From the NCBI GenBank assembly GCA_030671065.1, contig DAOVAM010000003.1, positions 1 through 38,087 of the forward strand: 38,087 nt of DNA. Reading direction: 5' to 3'. Origin of the DNA: Candidatus Aminicenantes bacterium. Its GTDB lineage: Bacteria; Acidobacteriota; Aminicenantia; Aminicenantales; Aminicenantaceae. Of the stretch, positions 15,743 to 26,678 are shown one piece after another. Position 1 is the stretch's first letter. Each line of letters opens with the position of its first letter. The position numbers were made by a program, and so were the translations under genes. Under the pieces are notes generated by a model that was not told the DNA's origin, made no database searches, and saw nothing but the letters and a program-made list of their open reading frames with translations.

Positions 15743-16501
15743 TCAGGCACAAAGAACAGAGCCACCGTTTACATTGAGGATTTCTCCTGTAATATGCCTT
15801 GCCATGTCTGAGGCCAAAAAAACGATCGGGCCAGCAATGTCCTCCGGAAGAGGGATTCTTTTCAAAGGGATAGATTCCTGAACTTTCTCTCGAAAATCAG
15901 AATCACTGAAGACATCAGAGCACATATCCGTATCCACCCATCCCGGGGCAACACAATTGACACGAATATCATACGCGGCTAACTCGACAGCAAGGGATTT
16001 CGTCATGGAGACAACAGCTCCTTTACTGGCTGCATAATGAGAATGGAACGCTTCCCCTCTAACCGCAGCAGTAGAAGAGACATTGATGATCCAGCCTCTC
16101 TTTTTTTCCTTCATGAAAGGAGTGACAGCATTACATGCATAGAAAACTCCATCAAGGTTAATTTTCATCGTTTCTGCCCAGATTTCCTCTGATATAGCTC
16201 CCATCTCTCCATAGGTCCAGATCCCCGCATTGTTCACCAGAACATCTATCTGTCCCCACTTCGCAATCACTTCTCTCACCATCCCTTCAATGTCTTCTTT
16301 CACTGAGATATCTGCCTGAAACACCAGGCACTCTCGCCCGATTTTCTGGATCTCCGCTTTCACATCTTCAGCATCTTTCTCTCGAGTTAGATAGTTGAGT
16401 GCGACATCGCTCCCTGCTTTGGCAAAGAGAAGGGCTGTAGCCCGACCAATTCCTCGGGAACCTCCTGTGATCATTGTTTTTTTCCCTTCCAAGTCAATCA
16501 T
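15743..16501 (-). CDS. Short-chain dehydrogenase/reductase (FabG-like)
   Basis: TGGSRGIG, NNAG, YAASK (YxxxK) and VNCVAPG motifs. Confidence 0.93.
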   Translation of the reverse strand: MIDLEGKKTMITGGSRGIGRATALLFAKAGSDVALNYLTREKDAEDVKAEIQKIGRECLVFQADISVKEDIEGMVREVIAKWGQIDVLVNNAGIWTYGEMGAISEEIWAETMKINLDGVFYACNAVTPFMKEKKRGWIINVSSTAAVRGEAFHSHYAASKGAVVSMTKSLAVELAAYDIRVNCVAPGWVDTDMCSDVFSDSDFREKVQESIPLKRIPLPEDIAGPIVFLASDMARHITGEILNVNGGSVLCA

Positions 16502-16694
16502 TGAACTTCCTCCGATACAGGTTTGATTCGTACATCATGTACTCTTAATCTTGACTTCCTGAATCCATGGCCAGTATCCAGGACTGCAACACACTGAAAA
16601 CGGCTCACTATCCCTTTTTCTGTATTTTTTCTGTATCACCATCTGATACGATTGAAAATTTGAAGCCCATGGCGTTCCTCGAATAACAAGGAGT

Positions 16695-19229
16695 TCAGTA
16701 CTCGAGAGAGAGATCGTCCATCTTGTCAAACTGAAGATACTTATAGATATTATCCGCATGGGGCAATACTTTTTCTTTAATGACTGAGAAGTACTCTTCA
16801 GGCGTTGGGAGCTTTCCCGAGAGGGCAGATATAGCAGCCAGTTCTGCCGACCCCAGATAAACACGCGTGTCATCACCCATGCGGTTATCAAAGTTCCGAG
16901 TTGAAGTTGAGATAGCGGTCGCCCTGGGATGAATTCTCGCCTGATTTCCCATGCACAGGGAACATCCGGGAATCTCAATTCGCGCGCCCACACCCGCATA
17001 GATTGAATAATACCCTTCTCTCATCAACTGAGCCTTATCCATTTTTGTTGGAGGAGTCATCCATACTCTTGCAGCGAGGTAGCCCGCATCTTTAAAAATT
17101 TTGCCTGCTGCTCTGAAATGTCCGATGTTCGTCATGCAGGAACCGATGAAGATTTCATCAATAGTATCGCCAGCCACCTCCGAAAGGAGTTTGACATCAT
17201 CCGGATCATTCGGGCACGCGAGAATCGGCTCTTTGATGGCAGCAAGGTCGACCTCAAGAACTTCTGCGAATTCAGCGCTCTCGTCTCTTTTAAGAAGCGA
17301 TGGATTTTCAAGCCAGCCTCTGCAGACTTCGATCCTTCTTTTCAGAGTCGCGGCTTCCTGGTAACCATCTTCAATTAGCTTTTCCATCAATGCAATATTG
17401 CTGCTGATATACCGGGACACGCTCTCTTCGTTGAGAGCAATGGTCCCCCCTGCGGCGGAGCGCTCCGCCGATGCATCTGTCAATTCGAATGCCTGTTCGA
17501 CTTCCAGATCGGGCAGCCCCTCCATTTCGAGTATCCGGCCGTTGAAGACATTTTTCTTGCCTTCTTTCTCAACAGTGAGCAATCCTTGTTGAATAGCAAA
17601 ATAGGGAATGGCATTCACAACATCCCTGAGAGTGATCCCGGGATTGAGTTTCCCTTTGAATTTCACCAAGACTGATTCCGGCATATCCAGAGGCATGAAG
17701 CCAAGGGTTCCGGCAAATGCCACAAGGCCAGATCCGGCAGGGAAACTGAGTCCGATGGGAAAACGAGTGTGCGAATCCCCACCTGTTCCCAAAGTATCGG
17801 GAACCAGAAGACGGTTCAGCCATGAATGGAGAACACCGTCTCCAGGCCTTAAAGCGACACCTTTCCGCTCTGTGATGAATCGGGCAAGGGATTGATGCAT
17901 TTGAACATCCGCAAGCTTCGGATAAGCTGCCGTGTGACAGAAGGACTGCATGAACAAATCCGACTGAAATTCCATACACGCCAGCTCTTTCAGTTCATCC
18001 GCTGTCATCGGACCTGTCGTATCCTGGGAGGCAACAGTCGTCATCTTGGGCTCCACCGCTGAACCTGCAAGGACTCCCTTCCTCGCACAGGCTTTTCCCA
18101 CGATTTTCTGGGCAAGCGAATACGCTTGTCCTTTTTTCGGGGACGGATTTTTAATCTTTGTGAAAAAATCCGCTTCTGGCATACCGAGCACATCCCGTGC
18201 TTTTTCCGTCAAGGAACGTCCTATGATCAGGAGAAGACGCCCTCCAGCACGGTACTCATCCTTGAGAGTGGCAGTCTGAAACTCAAACGATGCCACAGAT
18301 TCCCCGGTCCCACTCATAATGTTTCTGGTTTCCGTATCAATCGTAAGGAGGTCACCGGTTTTTATCTTTGACACATCACACAATAGTGGAAGACCACCCG
18401 AATCTTCAACTGTATTGAAAAATATCGGTGCGAACAGGCCTCCTAATACAACTCCCCCTCTCCGCTTATTCGGGATATAGGGAATATCTTCACCGATATG
18501 CCAGAGCAAAGAATTCGTGGCAGATTTCCTTGATGAGCCGGTCCCGACGACATCTGAGACAAAGGCCACCTGAGCGTCGCCCCTGAATTTTCTTATAGAT
18601 TCGATCCCATCAGGAAACCTCGTTTTTCCCATCGACAGAGCATGAAGAGGAATATCTGGCCTGCTCCAGGCATATTGCGCAGGAGATAGATCGTCAGTGT
18701 TCACCTCTCCATCGACTTTGAACACCTTCACAGATATCTTATCAGGAACAGCAGGCCTGTATAGGAACCAATCTCCGTTTGCCCAAGATGTCAGGACGTC
18801 TTTCGCATGAGGATTTCCTTTAGCCATCTCAGACACTTTGTCAAACGCATTATAGACAAGAATAATCTTCTTCAATGCTTTGGCCGCCTCGCCAGCAAGT
18901 TCCTTATCTTCCAATAGCTCGATCAATGCCTCGACATTGTATCCCCCCAACATCGTGCCGAGCAGGAAAACAGCCTTATTCCTGGATACTAACGGGGAAA
19001 GGCTCTTGCCTCTCACAATTTGAGCCAGCCATTCTGCCTTCACTTTTGCGGCCGGGTCGACGCCTGGAGCAACCCGGTTCGTCAGGAGGTTCAGAAGAAG
19101 CTCTCCCTTTCCTTCCAGTGGTTTTTCCAGAAGCTCGCACACTTCCGCTGTATCCTCCGGGCATAAAGGCAATGGGGGTATCCCCTGCTTCTGCCGTTCT
19201 GTTTCATGCTTAAAATAGGATTCCAGCAT
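16695..19229 (-). CDS. acnB: Aconitate hydratase B (bifunctional aconitase/2-methylisocitrate dehydratase)
   Basis: HEAT-like N-terminus, LLGTMLGGYN, NTDDLSPA, GSSRKSA, QDTTGPMT, GSCM and PGCSLCMGNQ motifs. Confidence 0.96.
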   Translation of the reverse strand: MLESYFKHETERQKQGIPPLPLCPEDTAEVCELLEKPLEGKGELLLNLLTNRVAPGVDPAAKVKAEWLAQIVRGKSLSPLVSRNKAVFLLGTMLGGYNVEALIELLEDKELAGEAAKALKKIILVYNAFDKVSEMAKGNPHAKDVLTSWANGDWFLYRPAVPDKISVKVFKVDGEVNTDDLSPAQYAWSRPDIPLHALSMGKTRFPDGIESIRKFRGDAQVAFVSDVVGTGSSRKSATNSLLWHIGEDIPYIPNKRRGGVVLGGLFAPIFFNTVEDSGGLPLLCDVSKIKTGDLLTIDTETRNIMSGTGESVASFEFQTATLKDEYRAGGRLLLIIGRSLTEKARDVLGMPEADFFTKIKNPSPKKGQAYSLAQKIVGKACARKGVLAGSAVEPKMTTVASQDTTGPMTADELKELACMEFQSDLFMQSFCHTAAYPKLADVQMHQSLARFITERKGVALRPGDGVLHSWLNRLLVPDTLGTGGDSHTRFPIGLSFPAGSGLVAFAGTLGFMPLDMPESVLVKFKGKLNPGITLRDVVNAIPYFAIQQGLLTVEKEGKKNVFNGRILEMEGLPDLEVEQAFELTDASAERSAAGGTIALNEESVSRYISSNIALMEKLIEDGYQEAATLKRRIEVCRGWLENPSLLKRDESAEFAEVLEVDLAAIKEPILACPNDPDDVKLLSEVAGDTIDEIFIGSCMTNIGHFRAAGKIFKDAGYLAARVWMTPPTKMDKAQLMREGYYSIYAGVGARIEIPGCSLCMGNQARIHPRATAISTSTRNFDNRMGDDTRVYLGSAELAAISALSGKLPTPEEYFSVIKEKVLPHADNIYKYLQFDKMDDLSLEY

Positions 19230-19269
19230 AAATATTTCTCCCTAAAAACTTATGTATCCAGCAATATAC

Positions 19270-19298
19270 TGTATAAATTGTTTGAGGAAGTTTGTCAA
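19270..19298 (-). promoter_or_regulatory. Putative sigma70 promoter of acnB
   Basis: TTGACA-N17-TATACA on the minus strand. Confidence 0.45.
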
Positions 19299-19436
19299 AA
19301 ATATTTTTCTGTTTTGCAGTAAAAAAACCTTCTTTTTCAGAGATTGTATTGATTTTCGTGATGAAAAATTATAACATGTCTTAACTGTTTCATTCTTTTT
19401 TTCATAATTTATAATCTTTTCACAGGAGGAATAATT

Positions 19437-20633
19437 ATGGATAGTGCGGCTATCGATAAAGCCAAAGAATACTTTGGCCAGATTGTCGAAGAACAACTCA
19501 ACCGCGTAGAGGTATTAAAAGAAGTCCAGGACTGGATTGACTATTCACAGGTCGAACCTGTTATCGTCGGCATTATCGGTGGAGATGGAATCGGGCCTTA
19601 CATCGCTAAAGAATCCCGGCGCGTGCTAGAGTTCATGCTCCAGGAAGAAGTCAAAAACGGGAAAGTCGAATTGCGCAACATTGAAGGACTGACAATTGAA
19701 AACCGGGCCGAGCAAAACAAGTCCATTCCTGATGATGTGCTTGAAGAAATTAAAAAATGTCATGTCACTCTCAAAGGCCCAACCACAACACCGAGGAAAG
19801 GCGATCCCTGGCCTAACATAGAAAGTTGTAATGTGTCCATGCGTCGCTATCTGGACCTTTTTGCGAATGTCAGGCCCGTAAAAGTCCCAAAAGAGGGACT
19901 CGATTGGATGTTCTTCCGAGAAAATACCGAAGGCGCCTACATCATGGGAAGCAAAGGAATAAATGTCACGGATGACTTAGCCATGGACTTTAAAGTGATT
20001 ACATCCCAGGGCGCTGAAAGAATCATACGCCTGGCTTTTGAGTTTGCCAAAAAGAATAATATTAACCGTGTGACAATCGTGACCAAGGCGAATGTCGTAA
20101 AAACGTCTGATGGAAAATTCCTGGATATCGGATACAAGATTGCCAAAGAATATCCTGAAATTGAAACCGACGATTGGTACATCGACATCATGACCGCCAA
20201 ACTCGTTGACCCTAAACGCAGAACACAGTTTAAAGTGATCGTCCTTCCCAATCTCTACGGAGATATCCTGACTGATGAAGCTGCCGAATTCCAGGGAGGG
20301 GTCGGAACCGCAGGGAGTGCCAATATTGGAAAACAATATGCTATGTTTGAAGCCATTCATGGATCTGCTCCCCGGATGGTTAAGGAGGGAAGAGCCCAAT
20401 ACGCCGACCCATCCAGCATGATCCGAGCCGCATCCATGTTGATCAATCATATTGGCTATCCAGAAAGAGGCAAAAACCTGGAAATGGCTTTAGACATCTG
20501 CGGTCAGTACGAGAAAAAATTTGTCATCACTGGGCGGGATACTGGTGCGACAGGCGCAGAATTATCTGACTACATCATGGAAACTCTTCAGGATCCAAAC
20601 TTAAAGGAGAAGTGGGAAGGCTATATCAAATAG
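19437..20633 (+). CDS. icd: Isocitrate dehydrogenase (isocitrate/isopropylmalate dehydrogenase family)
   Basis: GDGIGP, LKGPTTTP, RENTEGAY, TKANVVK, NLYGDILTD and FEAIHGSAP motifs; TCA gene context favours IDH. Confidence 0.85.
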   Translation: MDSAAIDKAKEYFGQIVEEQLNRVEVLKEVQDWIDYSQVEPVIVGIIGGDGIGPYIAKESRRVLEFMLQEEVKNGKVELRNIEGLTIENRAEQNKSIPDDVLEEIKKCHVTLKGPTTTPRKGDPWPNIESCNVSMRRYLDLFANVRPVKVPKEGLDWMFFRENTEGAYIMGSKGINVTDDLAMDFKVITSQGAERIIRLAFEFAKKNNINRVTIVTKANVVKTSDGKFLDIGYKIAKEYPEIETDDWYIDIMTAKLVDPKRRTQFKVIVLPNLYGDILTDEAAEFQGGVGTAGSANIGKQYAMFEAIHGSAPRMVKEGRAQYADPSSMIRAASMLINHIGYPERGKNLEMALDICGQYEKKFVITGRDTGATGAELSDYIMETLQDPNLKEKWEGYIK

Positions 20634-20673
20634 GCATGAGTCATGTAGAAAAAGAGGCTAGAAGAACTTATCC

Positions 20674-20702
20674 TTGACTGAAAAAATATTTTGAATTATA
20701 TT
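20674..20702 (+). promoter_or_regulatory. sigma70 promoter of mdh-fum-sucCD
   Basis: TTGACT-N17-TATATT; the -10 overlaps the palindrome TTGAAT-TAT-ATTCAA. Confidence 0.55.
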
Positions 20703-20817
20703 CAAATATTAATTAAGCAGGTCTCCCCTTAGAATAAGCAAAGTTTCACGCAACTGAACCGCAAAAATGAAATATTTTTCATTCTCTTAATAAATAAATA
20801 TTACAGGAGGTTTAATA

Positions 20818-21744
20818 ATGAGAAAAAAAATTACAGTCATCGGAGCCGGTCATGTTGGAGAAGTCACAGCATTCAAGATCGCTGAAAAAGAATTAGGAGA
20901 TGTGGTTCTTCTAGATCTCATCGAAGATATGCCCATCGGGAAAGGCCTGGATATCCGCGAAGGCGGACCTGTCGGGCAATACGATTCCGCCATAATCGGC
21001 ACGAACTCCTATGCGGACACAGCCAACTCTGACATTGTCGTCATCACAGCTGGAAAGCCCAGAAAGCCAGGGATGAGCCGCGATGAGCTGGTCGACTCAA
21101 ACTTCAATATCGTGAAACCAGTCACCGAAGAAATCATCAAGCACTCCCCTAACGCCATGCTGCTTGTCGTCTCCAATCCTCTGGATGCCATGGCCTACAC
21201 AGCGTTCAAGGTCAGCGGATTCCCGAAAAATAAAGTTTTCGGCATGGCAGGAATCCTCGATACCACTCGCTTCAGGACATTCTTAGCCATGGAGATCAAT
21301 GTTTCTGTCGAGAGTATTCAAGCACTGGTCCTCGGAGGGCACGGAGACACCATGGTTCCCATATCTCGGTACACGACAGTCTCAGGAATTCCGATCTCTC
21401 ACTTTATCCCTCAGGACAGACTGGATGCCATCATCGACAGGACACGGAAGGGCGGCGGAGAGATCGTCAAATACCTGAAAACCGGAAGCGCTTACTATGC
21501 GCCTTCACTCGCTGTTGCAGAAATGGTGGAATCCATCGTCAAAGACAAAAAGAAGATCCTCCCCTGCGCAGCCTATCTGGAAGGAGAATACGGGATCAAG
21601 GGCCTGTATTTTGGTGTCCCCATCAAGTTAGGGGCAGATGGTGTTGAAGAGATCATAGAGATAGACCTGACAGACGAAGAGAAAGAAATGATTACAAGCT
21701 CTGAGGGTGCAGTTCGCAGCGTCATCGACTTGCTGAAGTTTTAA
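20818..21744 (+). CDS. mdh: Malate dehydrogenase (LDH-like)
   Basis: [18 protein letters not shown] (Arg specificity residue of MDH), VSNPLD, GGHGD and GSAYYAP motifs. Confidence 0.95.
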   Translation: MRKKITVIGAGHVGEVTAFKIAEKELGDVVLLDLIEDMPIGKGLDIREGGPVGQYDSAIIGTNSYADTANSDIVVITAGKPRKPGMSRDELVDSNFNIVKPVTEEIIKHSPNAMLLVVSNPLDAMAYTAFKVSGFPKNKVFGMAGILDTTRFRTFLAMEINVSVESIQALVLGGHGDTMVPISRYTTVSGIPISHFIPQDRLDAIIDRTRKGGGEIVKYLKTGSAYYAPSLAVAEMVESIVKDKKKILPCAAYLEGEYGIKGLYFGVPIKLGADGVEEIIEIDLTDEEKEMITSSEGAVRSVIDLLKF

Positions 21745-21749
21745 CGAGA

Positions 21750-22304
21750 ATGGCTGAACACAGAATAGAAACCCCTGTTACAGATGAAACCATACAGAAA
21801 CTTCGGTCTGGAGACAGGATCTTCATCACAGGATATCTTTATACGGGGAGAGATTCCGCTCATAAAAAACTGATCGAACTTATTGAAGAGGGAAAAGATT
21901 TACCGATAGATGTCAAGGGCCAGATCATCTATTATGTGGGGCCCACTCCTGCCCGCCCGGGAAATCCCATCGGGTCTGCAGGACCGACCACCAGCTACAG
22001 GATGGACTCTTTTGCTCCGACTCTTCACTCTCTCGGCCTTAAAGGCACGATCGGAAAAGGATCCAGGAATGAGGAAGTCAAGGAATCCTTAAAGAAACAC
22101 AAAGCTGTGTACCTGGCAGCAGTCGGAGGAGCCGGAGCTCTCATTTCTAAAAGCATCGAAGAGGCTGAAGTCATCGCTTATCCAGAATTGGGCCCTGAAG
22201 CCATAAGAAGAGTCAAGGTTAAAGATTTCCCCTGTATCGTTATCAATGACATGTACGGCGGCGACCTGTATGAAGAAGGGAAAAAGAAGTACAGGAAAGA
22301 TTAA
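21750..22304 (+). CDS. Class I fumarate hydratase / tartrate dehydratase beta subunit
   Basis: GRDSAH, YYVGPTP, GPTTSYRMD, IGKG and LGPEAI motifs. Confidence 0.92.
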   Translation: MAEHRIETPVTDETIQKLRSGDRIFITGYLYTGRDSAHKKLIELIEEGKDLPIDVKGQIIYYVGPTPARPGNPIGSAGPTTSYRMDSFAPTLHSLGLKGTIGKGSRNEEVKESLKKHKAVYLAAVGGAGALISKSIEEAEVIAYPELGPEAIRRVKVKDFPCIVINDMYGGDLYEEGKKKYRKD

Positions 22305-22442
22305 GCTCAAAGCTGACTGACAAATAGCGCAGCACCGACTTCTTCTCTCCTCAAAATTCGATGATTTGGATAAAACATCTTCAGTCTAATCACAGATCAT
22401 GAATAACAGGAAGCCAAATGAATTTAAAAAAGGATAATGACA

Positions 22443-23603
22443 ATGAAAATTCATGAGTATCAGGCCAAACAAATCCTTAATAAGCATGGAGTTCCAACTC
22501 CCCAGGGAGAAGTGGCAGATAATCCTTCCAAAGCTCTGGAAGTGACACAAAAGATCGGGCCAAAGACTGTACTCAAAGCTCAGGTGCATGCCGGAGGGAG
22601 AGGCAAGGGAGGTGGAATCAAGCTCGCTGGAAATCCTCAGGAAGCAGAACAGATCGCTAAAGAAATGATCGGGATGACCCTGGTCACACCGCAAACAGGG
22701 CCAGAAGGTAAAAAGGTAAGAAGAATCCTTGTAGAAGAAGCCTTAGATATCGACAAGGAACTGTATATCGGAATCGTTATCGATAGGGCAAAGGAAGCTC
22801 CTGTTGTCATGGCCTCTTCACAGGGAGGAGTGGAGATCGAAAAAGTGGCGGCTGAAACTCCAGAGTCGATATTTAAAGAATACATCAATCCTGCCACAGG
22901 ATTTCTCCCCTTCCAGGCCAGGAATTTGGCGTTCAAGCTGGCGCTTGAAGGAGACACATTTAAACAGGCAGTCAAGTTCATTATGGGTCTGTACAAGACC
23001 TTCGAAGCCACGGATGCATCCCTGGCCGAAATAAATCCATTGCTCGTGACAAAACAGGGAAATGTCCTCGCTTTGGATGCCAAGATGAACTTCGACGATA
23101 ATGCCCTCCCCCGACATCCCGACATCAAAGAAATGAGGGATTTAGACGAAGAAGAACCTCTGGAGGTGGAAGCGTCAAAATTCAATTTGAATTACATCAA
23201 GCTCGATGGGAACGTCGGCTGTATGGTCAATGGCGCCGGTTTAGCCATGGCAACCATGGATATCATTATGCATTCTGGAGGAATGCCGGCCAACTTTCTG
23301 GATGTGGGCGGAGGCGTTTCAGAAGAGGCCGTCAAGAATGCATTCAAGATTCTCGTCTCGGATAAGGACGTTAAAGCTGCTTTAATCAACATCTTCGGGG
23401 GCATTGTCCGCTGCGATCTGGTCGCGAAAGGAATTGTGAAAGCAGCCAAGGAACTGAAAACCAACGTCCCTATGGTCGTCCGACTCGAGGGAACAAACGT
23501 CGAAGAAGGAAAAAAGATCCTTGAAGAATCAGGGCTTTCTTTTCACTCCGCGGGATCGATGAAAGAAGCGGCTGAGAAAGTCGTCCCACTTGCCCAACAA
23601 TAA
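22443..23603 (+). CDS. sucC: Succinyl-CoA synthetase beta subunit
   Basis: [31 protein letters not shown] and NIFGGIVRC motifs (alternative start 22437). Confidence 0.97.
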   Translation: MKIHEYQAKQILNKHGVPTPQGEVADNPSKALEVTQKIGPKTVLKAQVHAGGRGKGGGIKLAGNPQEAEQIAKEMIGMTLVTPQTGPEGKKVRRILVEEALDIDKELYIGIVIDRAKEAPVVMASSQGGVEIEKVAAETPESIFKEYINPATGFLPFQARNLAFKLALEGDTFKQAVKFIMGLYKTFEATDASLAEINPLLVTKQGNVLALDAKMNFDDNALPRHPDIKEMRDLDEEEPLEVEASKFNLNYIKLDGNVGCMVNGAGLAMATMDIIMHSGGMPANFLDVGGGVSEEAVKNAFKILVSDKDVKAALINIFGGIVRCDLVAKGIVKAAKELKTNVPMVVRLEGTNVEEGKKILEESGLSFHSAGSMKEAAEKVVPLAQQ

Positions 23604-23622
23604 ATGAGGAAAGGAACAAAAA

Positions 23623-24492
23623 ATGAGCATTATCATAGATGAAAAAACACGAGTCGTGGTTCAAGGAATCACAGGAGGAGAAGGGACGTTCCATACCCAA
23701 CGCATGCAGGAATATGGAACAGCCGTTGTTGCCGGTGTTACACCTGGCAAAGGAGGCACAAGCCATCTTGGAGTTCCCGTTTTCAACTCTGTCGCCGATG
23801 CTGTCGAGAAGGAAGGAGCCAATGCCTCGGCTATCTTTGTTCCTGCTTTTTTTGCCGCTGATGCAGTCATGGAATCCGCCGCCGCTGGAATCAAATGTAT
23901 CGTTTGCATCACCGAAGGAATTCCCACTTTTGATATGATCCAGGTGAAATCATTTCTCAAGGACAAAGACTGCTGCATGATAGGACCGAATACGCCAGGA
24001 ATCATATCCCCAGGGAAGTGTAAAATCGGCATTATGCCCGGCCACATTCATACTCCTGGCTCAATAGGCATCATATCCCGGTCAGGCACCCTAACCTATG
24101 AAGCAGTGGACCAGGTGACACAACTGGGCTACGGGCAATCCACAGCGATCGGAATAGGTGGTGACCCGATTGTCGGGCTCAAGTTTATCGAACTCCTCAA
24201 GCTCTTCAAAGAAGATAAAGACACAGAAGGAGTCATCCTCATCGGCGAAATCGGAGGTACAGCCGAGGAAGAGGCTGCAGAATACATCAAAGCAGAATTC
24301 ACGAAGCCAGTGGTGAGCTTCATCGCTGGCCAGACTGCTCCTCCAGGAAGAAGAATGGGTCATGCCGGAGCTATCATCGCGGGTGGAAAAGGAACAGCCA
24401 AGGAAAAAATGGAAGCTCTGGAAGTCGCTGGTGTCTTTGTCGCCAAGAGCCCGGCAGAAATAGGACAAAAAGTAAAGGAATCCCTATCTTAA
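23623..24492 (+). CDS. sucD: Succinyl-CoA synthetase alpha subunit
   Basis: [22 protein letters not shown] and RMGHAGA (phospho-His) motifs. Confidence 0.97.
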   Translation: MSIIIDEKTRVVVQGITGGEGTFHTQRMQEYGTAVVAGVTPGKGGTSHLGVPVFNSVADAVEKEGANASAIFVPAFFAADAVMESAAAGIKCIVCITEGIPTFDMIQVKSFLKDKDCCMIGPNTPGIISPGKCKIGIMPGHIHTPGSIGIISRSGTLTYEAVDQVTQLGYGQSTAIGIGGDPIVGLKFIELLKLFKEDKDTEGVILIGEIGGTAEEEAAEYIKAEFTKPVVSFIAGQTAPPGRRMGHAGAIIAGGKGTAKEKMEALEVAGVFVAKSPAEIGQKVKESLS

Positions 24493-24513
24493 CAGCAACA
24501 TCATCTGATAAAA

Positions 24514-25344
24514 TTGCAAAACTTCAAAACACTTTTCTTCGTGTTTTTATTTTTCTCTATAACTTTAAGCCTTATTTTTGTTTTAAAAGCCGACCAATCT
24601 GAAATTTCAGCTTCCCATCCCCTAGAGAGAAAACACCTCTCACTCCAAAGGGAACGTATTGAAAAGCAAAGCGAAGCTCTGGAAGATAAAATGTATCTCC
24701 TGGGAAAATTCGATCCAGCTCAGGAAAACAATTTTGTGGAGATCGACAGTAAATATGCGAACAGACAAGGTATGTTCTTGAGGAGTGAAGCCTACGAAAC
24801 ATTCGTGAAAATGCACACAGCCGCTCTCGAAGACGGTGTACAACTGACTATTGTTTCTGCCACACGAAATTTCGAGTCCCAAAAATACATTTGGGAAAGA
24901 AAATGGAGTGGAAAAACACTCGTTGAGGGAAAAAACCTTACCAAATCTGTAAGCGATCCCGTTGAGAGAGCCAAAATTATTCTCCGATTCAGCTCTATGC
25001 CAGGAACGTCGAGACATCATTGGGGAACGGACATTGATTTAAACGCGCTCAATAATGACTATTTTTTAAAAGGAGAGGGGAAAAAAACATACACCTGGCT
25101 CAAGGAAAATGCCTCCGATTTTGGTTTCTGTCAGACCTATACTCCGAAGAATTCCACACGGCCCTCCGGGTATGAAGAAGAAAAATGGCATTGGTCCTAC
25201 CTGCCCTTGGCCAGGCCGTTTTTAGTTCAATATACTCAAAAAGTCATATACGATGACTTAAAAGGCTTTTTAGGATGGGAAACAGCAAAAGAACTCTGCG
25301 TCATAGAAAACTATGTCCTGAGCATTAACACGGAATGCAGGTGA
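24514..25344 (+). CDS. M15B/VanY-family D-alanyl-D-alanine carboxypeptidase, N-terminal signal/TM segment
   Basis: SATRNFESQ, PGTSRHHWGTDID (SxHxxGxxxD) and EKWH (ExWH) motifs. Confidence 0.88.
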   Translation: MQNFKTLFFVFLFFSITLSLIFVLKADQSEISASHPLERKHLSLQRERIEKQSEALEDKMYLLGKFDPAQENNFVEIDSKYANRQGMFLRSEAYETFVKMHTAALEDGVQLTIVSATRNFESQKYIWERKWSGKTLVEGKNLTKSVSDPVERAKIILRFSSMPGTSRHHWGTDIDLNALNNDYFLKGEGKKTYTWLKENASDFGFCQTYTPKNSTRPSGYEEEKWHWSYLPLARPFLVQYTQKVIYDDLKGFLGWETAKELCVIENYVLSINTECR

Positions 25345-25421
25345 CTGACAGGCATAGAGAAAGTAACTGTGAGTTTCCCCCTTCCGGATATATAAACTAT
25401 CCTTTTTTTTCTCACAAGAGA

Positions 25422-26657
25422 CTAAATGTCTTCCTCTTCTTTTTCTGGAGGAGTGAACGTTAGAGCAATCTCCACCTGACTCGCATCCCTCAGAAGCTGG
25501 AATTTTACTTCATCATTCCATTTGAATTGAGATAAATATATCCTCAATTCGTTTATGTCAAAATAGGTTTTACCGTCGACAGAGAGAACAATATCTCCTT
25601 TCTCAAAACCGGCATTCAGGGCAACTCCGCTGATGGGTTGACTCTCGATGACCAGGTTTTCCAGCCCTTCGAATTTCTTCAATCTCAAGCCAACAGAAGG
25701 ATAAACAGGCCTCTTTTCTTCTGGGATACCCCAAACATAATCCGCGAGTGTCCTGGATACAGGAATGCTACCTCCATTTTCCGGAATCTCGATACAGACA
25801 ACAGTTTTAAAAGGCTTGCGGCTCCTTTCGTAAGCTCTCATGTTTATTCCCAAATTGTAGAGGAGGTGTCCTGAGCCTGCAAGAACCACCACCCTCTTGT
25901 CTTCTCTCTCGTGCGCTCGAACAGCGTTGAATGCCATAACCTCATCCCATGCTGATTGAGCACGGTAAAGCCCTTCGAACATCATGTCCATTCCTTTTCC
26001 CTTCATTTGATGCGGGAGTTCAGTGGATCCAAAAATCGTTCGGATGAGTGTCCTGTGTTCTTCATGAGTGAGGTCAGGATTCGGAACAATTTCCTTCTCC
26101 TCTTCGGTAAGCACATCCCATCCTTTCATCCTGATATCTGTAATGAGCTTCCTCGGAGCATTCAAGGCATATATGGGAATCTTATTATCCTTAGTCAGCT
26201 TAAAAATTCCCTCATAAAAACCAAAGTTAAAATTCCAGTTTACATACCATTGAGATTCATGGATAAACTCCTGTTTCGAGAGTATCCCCATACTCCACTT
26301 GTTCATGGCTTCCTGATAGCCAACTGGAAACATTTCTAATCCTACGGATACATTCCTATCCTGCTCATACAATGCTTGAATGATTTTTAACTGAATATCA
26401 TGCATGGGCAGGCTGTTATGTGTCTCCCCCACATACACAAAATCACAATCTTTCATTTCCATGATCATCTTGGAAAAAGGGATAGGCTTGCCCTCTCGAG
26501 CAGAATATATTTTCCCGGGTGAAACATCCATTGTTTTATCTTTGAGTCTTTTGTTTCCGAGCTCGAGGGTAAGAATCTTATCCTCTTCATCCATCCCGCC
26601 GAGAAAGGATATCATGAGAATGAAAATTGCCAGTGCTAAAATTTTCTTCTGGATCAT
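25422..26657 (-). CDS. ChaN-family (EreA/ChaN/TIKI-fold) exported protein with C-terminal PDZ domain
   Basis: Signal peptide; VYVGETH, GLEMF, ALNAP, AQSAWDEVMA and LAGSGH motifs; PDZ-like AGFEKGDIVLSVDG (alternative start 26675). Confidence 0.85.
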   Translation of the reverse strand: MIQKKILALAIFILMISFLGGMDEEDKILTLELGNKRLKDKTMDVSPGKIYSAREGKPIPFSKMIMEMKDCDFVYVGETHNSLPMHDIQLKIIQALYEQDRNVSVGLEMFPVGYQEAMNKWSMGILSKQEFIHESQWYVNWNFNFGFYEGIFKLTKDNKIPIYALNAPRKLITDIRMKGWDVLTEEEKEIVPNPDLTHEEHRTLIRTIFGSTELPHQMKGKGMDMMFEGLYRAQSAWDEVMAFNAVRAHEREDKRVVVLAGSGHLLYNLGINMRAYERSRKPFKTVVCIEIPENGGSIPVSRTLADYVWGIPEEKRPVYPSVGLRLKKFEGLENLVIESQPISGVALNAGFEKGDIVLSVDGKTYFDINELRIYLSQFKWNDEVKFQLLRDASQVEIALTFTPPEKEEEDI

Positions 26658-26678
26658 TCTTTGTCTCCATTTCATTTT

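Noticed and set aside
16535-16694. Short minus-strand ORFs between acnB and the SDR (MGFKFSIVSDGDTEKIQKKG; MVIQKKYRKRDSEPFSVCCSPGYWPWIQEVKIKST) and a tandem ATACAGAAAAA repeat
   Set aside because: No family resemblance, weak or no RBS, and only two repeat copies; cannot be supported without homologues
25386-25410. GGATA-N7-TATCC-T8 as the terminator of the TCA/VanY transcript
   Set aside because: The 5-bp stem is too weak to call confidently
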